Below are positions 8,364 through 15,169 of a stretch of DNA of 64,000 nucleotides, piece after piece. Each line of letters begins with the position of its first letter. The first letter of the stretch is position 1. Source of the DNA: an uncultured Clostridia bacterium (GTDB lineage: Bacteria; Bacillota; Clostridia; TANB77; CAG-508); NCBI GenBank assembly GCA_934182465.1, contig CAKPRG010000006.1, positions 2,368 through 66,367 on the forward strand, written 5' to 3'. The position numbers were made by a program, and so were the translations under genes. The notes under the pieces were generated by a model, which saw only the letters and a list, made by a program, of their open reading frames with translations, did not search any database and was not told the DNA's origin.

Positions 8364-8453
8364 ATAAGAACTCCTTAATAAAAATATTACACTATTAATT
8401 ATACCATTTTTAGACACTTTTTTCAAGTTTCCTTACTCGCTCTAAGTGTTTAA

Positions 8454-8482
8454 TTGATTTTTATTGCTTTTTATGGTATAAT
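8454..8482 (+). promoter_or_regulatory. Sigma-A-type promoter divergent from the XRE gene
   Basis: TTGATT (8454-8459), 17-nt spacer, TATAAT (8477-8482) with an extended -10 TG at 8474-8475. Confidence 0.6.
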
Positions 8483-8488
8483 AATACT

Positions 8489-8599
8489 ACTAGTAATAGT
8501 AATTAGAGTGGCTTTAAAATCTTAATATTTAAATTCATTCCGCATAGCAATGCTTTGTGTCAATTATTGATTCGGGCATTGCAGTGCCCGAATTTTCTT
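8489..8599 (+). ncRNA. Candidate ~110-nt small transcript bounded by a promoter and an intrinsic terminator
   Basis: The promoter above plus the terminator at 8571-8599. No RBS-preceded ORF lies between them. Contains an internal GCAT-agca-ATGC hairpin. Confidence 0.4.
8571..8599 (+). terminator. Rho-independent terminator
   Basis: TTCGGGCA-ttgcag-TGCCCGAA followed by TTTTCTT. Confidence 0.75.
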
Positions 8600-8670
8600 A
8601 TATATGAGATTTTAACTATCAGTTAATTCCATAATAAGCATAATTGATTTTTACACTAGAATATATACTT

Positions 8671-8923
8671 ATGGGAGAAAACTGATGAAATTTTCAATCT
8701 ATTATGGTGGACGGATGTCCTGGTAGTATTCCTGTTCGCTAAACATTATAATTGTAGTCATTCGACTTAGGGAGATGAATTTCTCCCTTATATATAATAA
8801 ATAGTTGAAATTTACATAGATTTATTTTATAATTTAGTTAGTAGTTAAATCACTGCAATGATTTAATTATTATATAAACATGGGATTTACTTTCATCAGT
8901 TTTCTCCCATGTTTTATTTTTTG
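8671..8923 (+). ncRNA. Structured element: perfect 20-bp inverted repeat closing a 200-nt interior, followed by a T-tract (candidate structured RNA or single-strand origin)
   Basis: ATGGGAGAAAACTGATGAAA (8671-8690) is the exact reverse complement of TTTCATCAGTTTTCTCCCAT (8891-8910), which is followed by gttttattttttg. Internal hairpins: GGAC-ggat-GTCC (8710-8721), AGGGAGA-tgaatt-TCTCCCT (8769-8788), TAAATCA-ctgcaa-TGATTTA (8847-8866). Confidence 0.45.
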
Positions 8924-8930
8924 TCTTTAA

Positions 8931-9075
8931 TTATGCATAATATGCATAATTTTGTTGTTTTATTCTAAAACACATAATATGTAAATCAAATTTAATAAAA
9001 ATACTCTAAAAATAGTATATTTTTCACTATTTTTATGTATAGTATGCATAATTCAATGCATGACATACATAATTC
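8931..9075. promoter_or_regulatory. Repeated ATGCATAAT-type operator-like motifs upstream of the Spo0A_C-only gene
   Basis: ttATGCATAAtATGCATAAT (8931-8950), gtATGCATAATt (9042-9053), aATGCATgac and acATACATAATtc (9056-9075). Confidence 0.45.
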
Positions 9076-9081
9076 TATTTT

Positions 9082-9110
9082 TTGATTAGTCAACATAAAA
9101 ATGTTATATT
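9082..9110 (+). promoter_or_regulatory. Sigma-A-type promoter for the 9163-9540 gene
   Basis: TTGATT (9082-9087), 17-nt spacer, TATATT (9105-9110) with TG at 9102-9103. Confidence 0.5.
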
Positions 9111-9162
9111 GATAATGTACTTAATAATATTTAGTTCAAATAATGTTGGAGGTATATTTAAC

Positions 9163-9540
9163 TTGAAAGTAAATTCTAATATAACATTTAATCGAATAAC
9201 TCGTGAGCAAGCTATTAGTATTCATAATATTTTACGTTCTCTTGGATTAGTTTCAAGCCTTACTGGAACTCGTTTACTCAATAAAGCTATTCAAATTCTT
9301 GTTGTTAAAGATTTAGAAATTGTTATATTAGAAGATATATATAAAGATATAGCTAACTCTTTTCCCAATATCACTCCTAGTCAAACTAGAATGTATATTC
9401 AATATGCACTTAAGCATAGAGATGAAATAAAGTCAGAAAAAAATTTTAAAAATATTTTTGGTTTTGAATATGATGAATATTTTTTCTCAAATAAAAACTT
9501 TATTGAAGAAATTGCTAATATAATAAAATACGAAACCTAG
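9163..9540 (+). CDS. Stand-alone Spo0A_C-like DNA-binding protein (no receiver domain)
   Basis: ISIHNILRSLGLVSSLTGTRLLNKAIQILV...IYKDIANSFPNITPSQTRMYIQYALKH follows the Spo0A C-terminal pattern. I prefer the TTG start at 9163, 10 nt after GGAGG (9148-9152); the upstream part of the track ORF is a hydrophobic read-through. Confidence 0.55.
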   Translation: MKVNSNITFNRITREQAISIHNILRSLGLVSSLTGTRLLNKAIQILVVKDLEIVILEDIYKDIANSFPNITPSQTRMYIQYALKHRDEIKSEKNFKNIFGFEYDEYFFSNKNFIEEIANIIKYET

Positions 9541-9594
9541 TATTTTCAATGTGCCTGTAAAAATACCATACTTTTTTGACAATTTTTACTCATT

Positions 9595-9696
9595 GTTTGC
9601 AAAAATCACATAGAAAATCTTTTAAAGTATTGATATAAGCTACTTTTAAAAAAATTAGTTGTTTGCAAAAATGTTTGCAAAAATGCTTGCAAAATT
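9595..9696. repeat. GTTTGCAAAAAT repeats (one isolated copy plus three tandem 12-mers)
   Basis: gtttgcaaaaat at 9595-9606, 9661-9672 and 9673-9684, and gcttgcaaaat at 9685-9695. Confidence 0.75.
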
Positions 9697-9786
9697 TCTC
9701 AAAATGAAAAACAATGAAAACAAACAAAAAATGAGTAAAGTCTTAAACTTCACTCATTTAGGCAAATAGAACACTTTGAACAATAA

Positions 9787-9819
9787 TAAAAAAAGATGGA
9801 AAAGGTTTAATTTTCCATC
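9787..9819 (-). terminator. Rho-independent terminator of tRNA-Glu
   Basis: On the minus strand, GATGGAAAA-ttaaacc-TTTTCCATC followed by TTTTTTT, 5 nt after the tRNA CCA end. Confidence 0.75.
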
Positions 9820-9824
9820 AAAAT

Positions 9825-9899
9825 TGGTGACCCCTACGGGAATCGAACCCATGATTTCACCTTGAGAGGGTGACGTCTTAGCCGCTTGACCAAGGGGCC
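9825..9899 (-). tRNA. tRNA-Glu (anticodon CUC), CCA encoded
   Basis: Manual fold of GGCCCCTTGGTCAAGCGGCTAAGACGTCACCCTCTCAAGGTGAAATCATGGGTTCGATTCCCGTAGGGGTCACCA. 7-bp acceptor stem, anticodon stem TCACC/GGTGA, anticodon loop C-U-CUC-A-A, T-loop TTCGATT. Confidence 0.9.
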
Positions 9900-9950
9900 A
9901 TAAACTAACTTTATTAAGTTAGCTATTTATTTATACCATATTTTTCTTTT

Positions 9951-10346
9951 TTAGTCAATACAAGAGTCTAGAATTTCTTTTAGTCTTTCATCTTTTTTGC
10001 TTAAATATAAATATCCTATTAGAGCTTCAAATGCTGTTGATTGAGCATAATCTGCTACATTTGCATTTTTAGCAACATGATGATTTTCTGTATTTCTTCC
10101 TCTTCTTACTATATTTTTTTCTTCTTCTGTCAAGTCTTCTTGTATTTTTTTCAAAATATCAGCTTGTGCTTTTGCTTTTACATATTTAATTGATTCTATA
10201 TGTAGTTTGTGTGGCTTTGCATTAGAAATATTTACTAACTTAGTTCTTATAAACATTTCATATACACTATCTCCCACATAAGCCCATACCAAAGGAGAAA
10301 GCATATCTACATCTTCTTGACTTTTATTTCTTTCTATAAATTCCAT
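9951..10346 (-). CDS. mrnC: Mini-ribonuclease 3
   Basis: LVWAYVGDSVYEMFIR...AFEALIGYLYL is the RNase III-like signature in a 131-aa protein, positioned next to rbgA. Confidence 0.8.
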   Translation of the reverse strand: MEFIERNKSQEDVDMLSPLVWAYVGDSVYEMFIRTKLVNISNAKPHKLHIESIKYVKAKAQADILKKIQEDLTEEEKNIVRRGRNTENHHVAKNANVADYAQSTAFEALIGYLYLSKKDERLKEILDSCID

Positions 10347-10349
10347 ATA

Positions 10350-11312
10350 TTACGGCCTTTCTAAACTAATTTTTCCAAGTTTTCCACTTCTAAAATCATC
10401 TAATATTATTCTAGAAATTTTTTCTTCATCTATCTCTCCACCAGAAACTAATGCACCTCTTTTTCTTGCCATTAATTTCATTAATTCATATATAAAGTTA
10501 TCTTCATTTTGTATATTGGCAATTTCTTCATCTGTTATTTTGTATCTTTCTATAATGCTTTTTGAATATTCAGGATATAATTTTTTTAGTAATTCGTATG
10601 CTACTTCAACTCTTTCTAATAAATCATCTTTAATTGTTCCTGTAAAAGCTAAATTTAAAGCTATTTCTTCACTTCCAAATTTAGGCCATAATACACCTGG
10701 TGTATCTAAAAGCTCTTGATCTTTACTTATTCTAATCCATTGTTTTTGTCTTGTAACACCTGGTCTATTTCCTACTACTGTTGTGTTTCTTTTTGATAGT
10801 CTATTTATAAGTGAAGACTTACCGACATTTGGAATTCCTAAAATCATAACTCTTGTAGTTTTATTTATTCTACCTCTTGCAGCTTGTCTTTCTTTTTCTT
10901 CTAGCATTAAATCATCTATCGCTTTTGTTAATTGATTTATTCCTCTTCCTGTATTTGCATCTGTTAATATAGTTTTTGCTTCTTTTGAAAAATAGCTTAC
11001 CCATTTTGCATTTACAGAATCATCTGCTAAGTCTGATTTATTTAATAATATTATTTTTCTTTTATTTTTTGTAATTGATTGTATATCTGGATTTCTACTT
11101 GCCAACGGTATTCTTGCGTCTAAAAGTTCTACTACTACATCTATTAGTCTCAAGTCTTCTGTTATCTGCCTTTTTGTTTTTGCCATATGTCCAGGATACC
11201 AGTTAATATTCATTTGATTTTGCATTTCTTCTTTATTTTCATTATTTTTTATTTCTTGTCTCTTTTTTCTTTTTTGATACATATCCATTTTAATCACTTC
11301 CTTATTCATCAA
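10350..11312 (-). CDS. rbgA: Ribosome biogenesis GTPase A (YlqF/RbgA)
   Basis: INWYPGHMAKTKR, circularly permuted GTPase motifs LNKSDL ... GIPNVGKSSLINRL ... DTPG. N-terminal extension, so the start is uncertain. Confidence 0.9.
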   Translation of the reverse strand: MMNKEVIKMDMYQKRKKRQEIKNNENKEEMQNQMNINWYPGHMAKTKRQITEDLRLIDVVVELLDARIPLASRNPDIQSITKNKRKIILLNKSDLADDSVNAKWVSYFSKEAKTILTDANTGRGINQLTKAIDDLMLEEKERQAARGRINKTTRVMILGIPNVGKSSLINRLSKRNTTVVGNRPGVTRQKQWIRISKDQELLDTPGVLWPKFGSEEIALNLAFTGTIKDDLLERVEVAYELLKKLYPEYSKSIIERYKITDEEIANIQNEDNFIYELMKLMARKRGALVSGGEIDEEKISRIILDDFRSGKLGKISLERP

Positions 11313-11605
11313 TTTTCATTTTCTAAATACATTATTTCTTTTCCTAATTGTTTAGCATATGCAATTTCCTTACTAGTTGAATTTCCTATATAACCATCTA
11401 CATTAATTACATAAATGGCATCACTTATTTCAATTTTTTTGTAATGTAAATCTGCTAATATTTTTTGTTCTTCTTCACTAAATTTTTCATTTCCATACAC
11501 ACATTGAATAACTATATATTTATTTTTTATTTCTAGTTCTTTTGCTACTTCCATCATTTTGTCTTTAAATTTCATGCTTCCACAAATAGTGACTATTTTG
11601 TTCAT
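11309..11605 (-). CDS. Nucleoside 2-deoxyribosyltransferase-like small Rossmann protein
   Basis: 98 aa: MNKIVTICGSMKF...DAIYVINVDGYIGNSTSKEIAYAKQLGKEI. Its TGA stop overlaps the rbgA ATG (ATGA). Confidence 0.45.
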   Translation of the reverse strand: MNKIVTICGSMKFKDKMMEVAKELEIKNKYIVIQCVYGNEKFSEEEQKILADLHYKKIEISDAIYVINVDGYIGNSTSKEIAYAKQLGKEIMYLENEN

Positions 11606-11697
11606 AATGTATCTCCTTTAAATTTGTTTAACTATATATAAATTTATTCTCATACTTATTGCATTTTAATAATTTCAATACTTTTATATTATACAAC

Positions 11698-11731
11698 AAA
11701 AGCAAGCATTTTTCAACTTTTGCTTGCTTTT
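11698..11731 (-). terminator. Hairpin terminator after the MazG-like gene
   Basis: AAAAGCAAGCA / TGCTTGCTTTT stem with a 12-nt loop, immediately 3' of the stop at 11736. Confidence 0.5.
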
Positions 11732-11735
11732 AGTT

Positions 11736-12053
11736 TTACTCTTCACATATACTTTTTCTTTTATATTTTTCTGCATTTAAATTTTCTTTTAAAGTAATAG
11801 AATTTTCCAAGTCTATATTATAAGTATTTGCTAAACACATAACATAGTACAAAACATCATATAGTTCTTCTTCAACTGTATCTTTTATTTCATTATTTTT
11901 CATTCTTTTATCTTTTCTTATTACTTCAGAAAGTTCTCCAACTTCTTCTATTAATTTCATAAAATATCTATCTGCTTTTTGACTAGTTCCCATTGGCAAA
12001 GTATCTATTTCTTTTATTGCTTTTTGTAAATAATTTATTGTTATATTTTTCAT
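11736..12053 (-). CDS. MazG-like nucleotide pyrophosphohydrolase (YpjD-type)
   Basis: FMKLIEEVGELSEVIRKD...EEELYDVLYYVMCLANTYNIDLE carries the EExxE/D motifs of the all-alpha NTP-PPase fold. Confidence 0.75.
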   Translation of the reverse strand: MKNITINYLQKAIKEIDTLPMGTSQKADRYFMKLIEEVGELSEVIRKDKRMKNNEIKDTVEEELYDVLYYVMCLANTYNIDLENSITLKENLNAEKYKRKSICEE

Positions 12054-12146
12054 TTTTCTTCTTTCCTTTCTAAAATAGAAATTTCAATAAACTTTCCTAT
12101 TATATAAAACAAAGTCAGCATTTTCAAAATACTGACTTTACTTTTT

Positions 12147-12614
12147 TTATAATTTATATTGATTTTTATCAGCTCTTTCGTCATATTCTCTTTCATATTT
12201 GTCATTCTTATAGAACCAATCTGTTTTTTTATCTGCACCAAATTTTCTTCTATTTTTGTTTATTAGTATATCTAAAAATGTTAATAAAGCTACTATTATT
12301 CCTAAAAAGTTTACTATTAGATTTGTACCTACTACTATTTCTGTTCCAGCAGCTTGAAATTCCATTATTGTATTATATAAAGCAGTTCCAAAATATGCTC
12401 CATACATACCAAAATATATTGTTGCTCCAATTATATTTCTTTTAAAGATTAAAATCATACATGGTAATGTTGCAAATAATAAACCTATTTCTATATTTAA
12501 GTTCATTGGTTGGCAAACAAAGTCCATTTGCATAGATGCCATTAAACATACAATTGATCTAAAGAACCAAAATACTACACTAAATATAGTAATTAAATAA
12601 CTAAATAAACTCAT
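12147..12614 (-). CDS. Integral membrane protein (about 4 TM), unknown function
   Basis: 155 aa, hydrophobic, GGAGG RBS, followed by the hairpin AAAGTCAG...CTGACTTT at about 12098-12126. Confidence 0.6.
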   Translation of the reverse strand: MSLFSYLITIFSVVFWFFRSIVCLMASMQMDFVCQPMNLNIEIGLLFATLPCMILIFKRNIIGATIYFGMYGAYFGTALYNTIMEFQAAGTEIVVGTNLIVNFLGIIVALLTFLDILINKNRRKFGADKKTDWFYKNDKYEREYDERADKNQYKL

Positions 12615-12881
12615 CTTTTGTAACCTCCTATAGTTTATTTATTTCTGAAATTCATTTTAGCATAACTTATAAAAAAATTCAACTTATCAAGTTAATAAAT
12701 ATTATCATTTTTTTTAAAAAACTTATGTGCAAAATTTGGTATAAGTCTTTATATATTAGGAAGTGCAAAGCACTTTCACATTATACAAAAAGAGCAATAT
12801 TAGTAAATAACTTTTTAATTATTTACATATTTGCTCTTTTACTTTCTAATATTTAGTATTCAATTTAATAATTAATCTAAA

Positions 12882-13226
12882 TTATTCTGCATCATCAAAG
12901 TTAAATTCATCTTTAAATTTATCTTTGAATATATCGAATACAGCATTAAGTGTTTCTTCATCATCAACACTTACATAAGATTCTTCATCTTCTGATTCTG
13001 AATCTTCTAATTTTAATATAACAACTTCTCCGTTGTCTTCTTCGTTACCTTCTGCTGGTAATAAAACAACATATTGTTCTGATTCATATTCTATTAAATC
13101 TAAAAATTCGAATTTAACATCATTTCCATTTTCATCATTTAGATATATGATGTTGCTATCTTCATCAAATCCTTGATCAATTGTATTATTTTCGTTATCC
13201 ATTTTTATTTCTCCTTTCAAATTCAA
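12882..13226 (-). CDS. DUF1292 (UPF0473) family protein
   Basis: IYLNDENGNDVKFEFLDLIEYESEQYVVLLP...VVILKLE...DDEETLNAVFDIFKDKF, in the conserved position after ruvX. Confidence 0.8.
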   Translation of the reverse strand: MNLKGEIKMDNENNTIDQGFDEDSNIIYLNDENGNDVKFEFLDLIEYESEQYVVLLPAEGNEEDNGEVVILKLEDSESEDEESYVSVDDEETLNAVFDIFKDKFKDEFNFDDAE

Positions 13227-13307
13227 TAGTATTTTACTACTATTTTTTACATCTTATACTATTGTTACATTTTTTGCAATAGTTTTTTAAATTTTGTATT
13301 TATTATT

Positions 13308-13724
13308 TTATTTATTTTTATTCATATAAGTTTCTAATATGTATACTGCAGATATTGTGTCTACTATTCCTCTTTTTTTAGTCTTGTTTATATCTAAAAA
13401 ATTCATAGTTTTATGTGCTGCCACAGTGGTAAGTCTTTCGTCAACAGTTTCTATTTTCATTTTATTATACTTACATTTTAGTTTATGTATAAATTTTTCT
13501 GTTGCTTCTGCTCTAAATGTTTTAGTTCCATCCATATTAAATGGCATTCCTACAACTATTGTATCTACTTCGTATTGAGCAAATATTTCATCTAATCTTT
13601 TTAGTATAACTTTATCATTTCCATTGTGATGTATTGTTTCTAATCCTTGTGCTGTTATTCCTAACGCATCAGTTACTGCAATTCCAACTCTAGCATCACC
13701 ATAATCTATTCCTAATGTACGCAT
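13308..13724 (-). CDS. ruvX: Putative pre-16S rRNA nuclease / Holliday junction resolvase-like YqgF
   Basis: MRTLGIDYGDARVGIAVTD...VVGMPFNMDGT...DERLTT. Confidence 0.9.
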   Translation of the reverse strand: MRTLGIDYGDARVGIAVTDALGITAQGLETIHHNGNDKVILKRLDEIFAQYEVDTIVVGMPFNMDGTKTFRAEATEKFIHKLKCKYNKMKIETVDERLTTVAAHKTMNFLDINKTKKRGIVDTISAVYILETYMNKNK

Positions 13725-13726
13725 AA

Positions 13727-13981
13727 TTATTCTTCTAATCCTATATAATATTTTACCATTTTTTCTAGTAATTCGTCTCTTTCAATTAATCGAATTAAAT
13801 TTCTTGCATCATTGTGACTTGTAATATAAGTTGGATCACCTGATAATATATATCCAACAATTTGATTTATTGGATTATATCCTTTTTCTACTAAAGCTTG
13901 ATATACTTGTTTTAGTATTTCTTTAGCTCTTACACTTTTATCTTTTTCTACCTTAAAACTTAATGTTTTATCTACAGCCAT
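13727..13981 (-). CDS. ireB: IreB family regulatory phosphoprotein (UPF0297)
   Basis: [48 protein letters not shown]. Confidence 0.9.
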   Translation of the reverse strand: MAVDKTLSFKVEKDKSVRAKEILKQVYQALVEKGYNPINQIVGYILSGDPTYITSHNDARNLIRLIERDELLEKMVKYYIGLEE

Positions 13982-13993
13982 AACACTTACCTC

Positions 13994-15139
13994 CTAAATA
14001 TAATTTATTTGATTTTCTGCTTTATCTGCAGAATCTATATATTCCTCTAATTTCTTTGTTAATATTTCTAATCCTGTTCCTTTATAATATGTTGATATAA
14101 CAAAGTTAATTTTTGGAGATGCTTCTTTTCTTTCTGTTGTCTCTCTAATACGAACTTTTTTGCCTTTTATTGTATGTATTGAATCTATTTCTTCTGGTTC
14201 TTCTATAATTTGTAAATCTTCTATTTCAGATTTTACATCTTTCAAGAATTCTTCTAAACTAGCTTCTTCAACACCAGAAAATACTATAACAAATTTTGGT
14301 CCCATATATCTTACAAATATATATTGTGATGACATTCTAGCTTTTACTATATTACTTACTTCTGTAATTATATCATTACCAATTAATCTTCCAGCTTTTT
14401 CATTAATTTCTTCTATGTTTGTAATTCTAAACATACATACAGCAGAAGTTGCATATTGGTCAATTGTGTATTTTGCTTTACCATATAGATATTCTGCTGA
14501 ATGCAGACCAGTAAATTTATCAATTCTATCTATATTTTCAATTGTGTCTTGGTATGCAGTAGTTTTTAATACTGAAATAATGTTTTCTTTTACTGTTTCT
14601 ATAATTGTTGTATCCATATCATCAAATGCATGCATCTTTCCACTTTCCATTACCCAATATCCTATATAGATATTGTCTATGTATAAAGGAAAGAACATTG
14701 CAGATTTTGCTCTACCCATTTCTGTTTTTTGATATGGTAATTTCTCATTTTCATTTTCTATTGTAACATACTTAGGTGTGGCTGTTGCAACACTATCTTG
14801 AAAAATTTCCTCTGTATGCAAATTTGATAATGTTTCATAATGCATTTTATCAACATTTGAAGCTTTTACTACATACTCGGCTCCATCAAAAACAACTAAA
14901 GTAGAATATTTTATATCATATTTTTCTATTACTGTTTCATTTATTTTATTTAATTTTTCATCTACACTATCGCCTTCACCAGCAATATTTAAAAATTCGT
15001 TTATTACAGATAACTTTTGATCTCTCAATCTATTATTTGCATATTGTTCTATTCTTTTTTGAAGTTGTATATTATATACAACTAAAAACATTATTGTTAG
15101 TACTAATGCGACTATTATGAAAACTATCAATGTATTCAC
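13994..15139 (-). CDS. Membrane-anchored sensor-like protein with a degenerate GGDEF domain
   Basis: N-terminal TM helix. The C-terminus DKFTGLHSAEYL...GRLIGNDIITEV...IFVRYMGPKFVIVF aligns to a GGDEF domain, but the GG[DE]EF site reads MGPKF. GTG start, uncertain. Confidence 0.6.
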   Translation of the reverse strand: MNTLIVFIIVALVLTIMFLVVYNIQLQKRIEQYANNRLRDQKLSVINEFLNIAGEGDSVDEKLNKINETVIEKYDIKYSTLVVFDGAEYVVKASNVDKMHYETLSNLHTEEIFQDSVATATPKYVTIENENEKLPYQKTEMGRAKSAMFFPLYIDNIYIGYWVMESGKMHAFDDMDTTIIETVKENIISVLKTTAYQDTIENIDRIDKFTGLHSAEYLYGKAKYTIDQYATSAVCMFRITNIEEINEKAGRLIGNDIITEVSNIVKARMSSQYIFVRYMGPKFVIVFSGVEEASLEEFLKDVKSEIEDLQIIEEPEEIDSIHTIKGKKVRIRETTERKEASPKINFVISTYYKGTGLEILTKKLEEYIDSADKAENQINYI

Positions 15140-15169
15140 CTCTATTATTCTACTTTTATTATTTTGATT

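Larger units (their letters stand above)
1..9794. mobile_element. Putative integrative mobilizable element (tyrosine integrase + Xis-like HTH + MobV relaxase + XRE repressor + regulatory cargo); boundaries unresolved and the left end may lie outside the window
   Basis: Clustered int (4421-5620), HTH_17-like xis (5631-5915), Mob/Pre relaxase (2730-3695), XRE repressor (7647-8363) and many small overlapping ORFs. It abuts tRNA-Glu plus its terminator at 9787-9899. No direct-repeat att pair was found by eye. Confidence 0.55.

Noticed and set aside
8682-8688. CUGAUGA box suggesting a hammerhead ribozyme in the inverted-repeat element
   Set aside because: I could not place a stem II followed by GAAA, nor a stem III with a UH cleavage site, in the required order around it. 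The heptamer alone is expected by chance.
8671-8910. Retron-like msr/msd (long flanking inverted repeats)
   Set aside because: No reverse transcriptase ORF lies in the element or anywhere in the window, and no conserved branching G context could be identified.
7451-9696. Possible CRISPR-like arrays (10-bp repeats at 7451-7500, 12-bp repeats at 9661-9696)
   Set aside because: The repeats are far too short and directly abutting, with no spacers, and there are no cas genes. They are iteron or operator-type repeats.
9787-9899. tRNA-Glu 3' end as the att site of the element
   Set aside because: The tRNA is complete, with CCA, and is followed within 5 nt by its own terminator. I found no copy of its 3' end elsewhere in the window. 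Integration into the tRNA is therefore unsupported, although integration downstream of it remains possible.
11309-11311. Alternative genetic code (TGA read as Trp, as in Mollicutes), given the extreme AT-richness
   Set aside because: TGA serves as the stop of the 11309-11605 gene (ATGA overlap with rbgA). Long conserved genes (pflB, rarA, pepF) are intact under the standard code with no in-frame TGA.
12050-12241. 63-aa minus-strand ORF
   Set aside because: It overlaps the 3' end of the 155-aa membrane-protein gene and then its terminator hairpin, in another frame. Likely spurious.
14160-14669. 169-aa plus-strand ORF in the track
   Set aside because: It lies entirely antisense inside the 13994-15139 gene. 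The hydrophobic, low-complexity translation is typical of shadow frames in AT-rich DNA, and there is no RBS.
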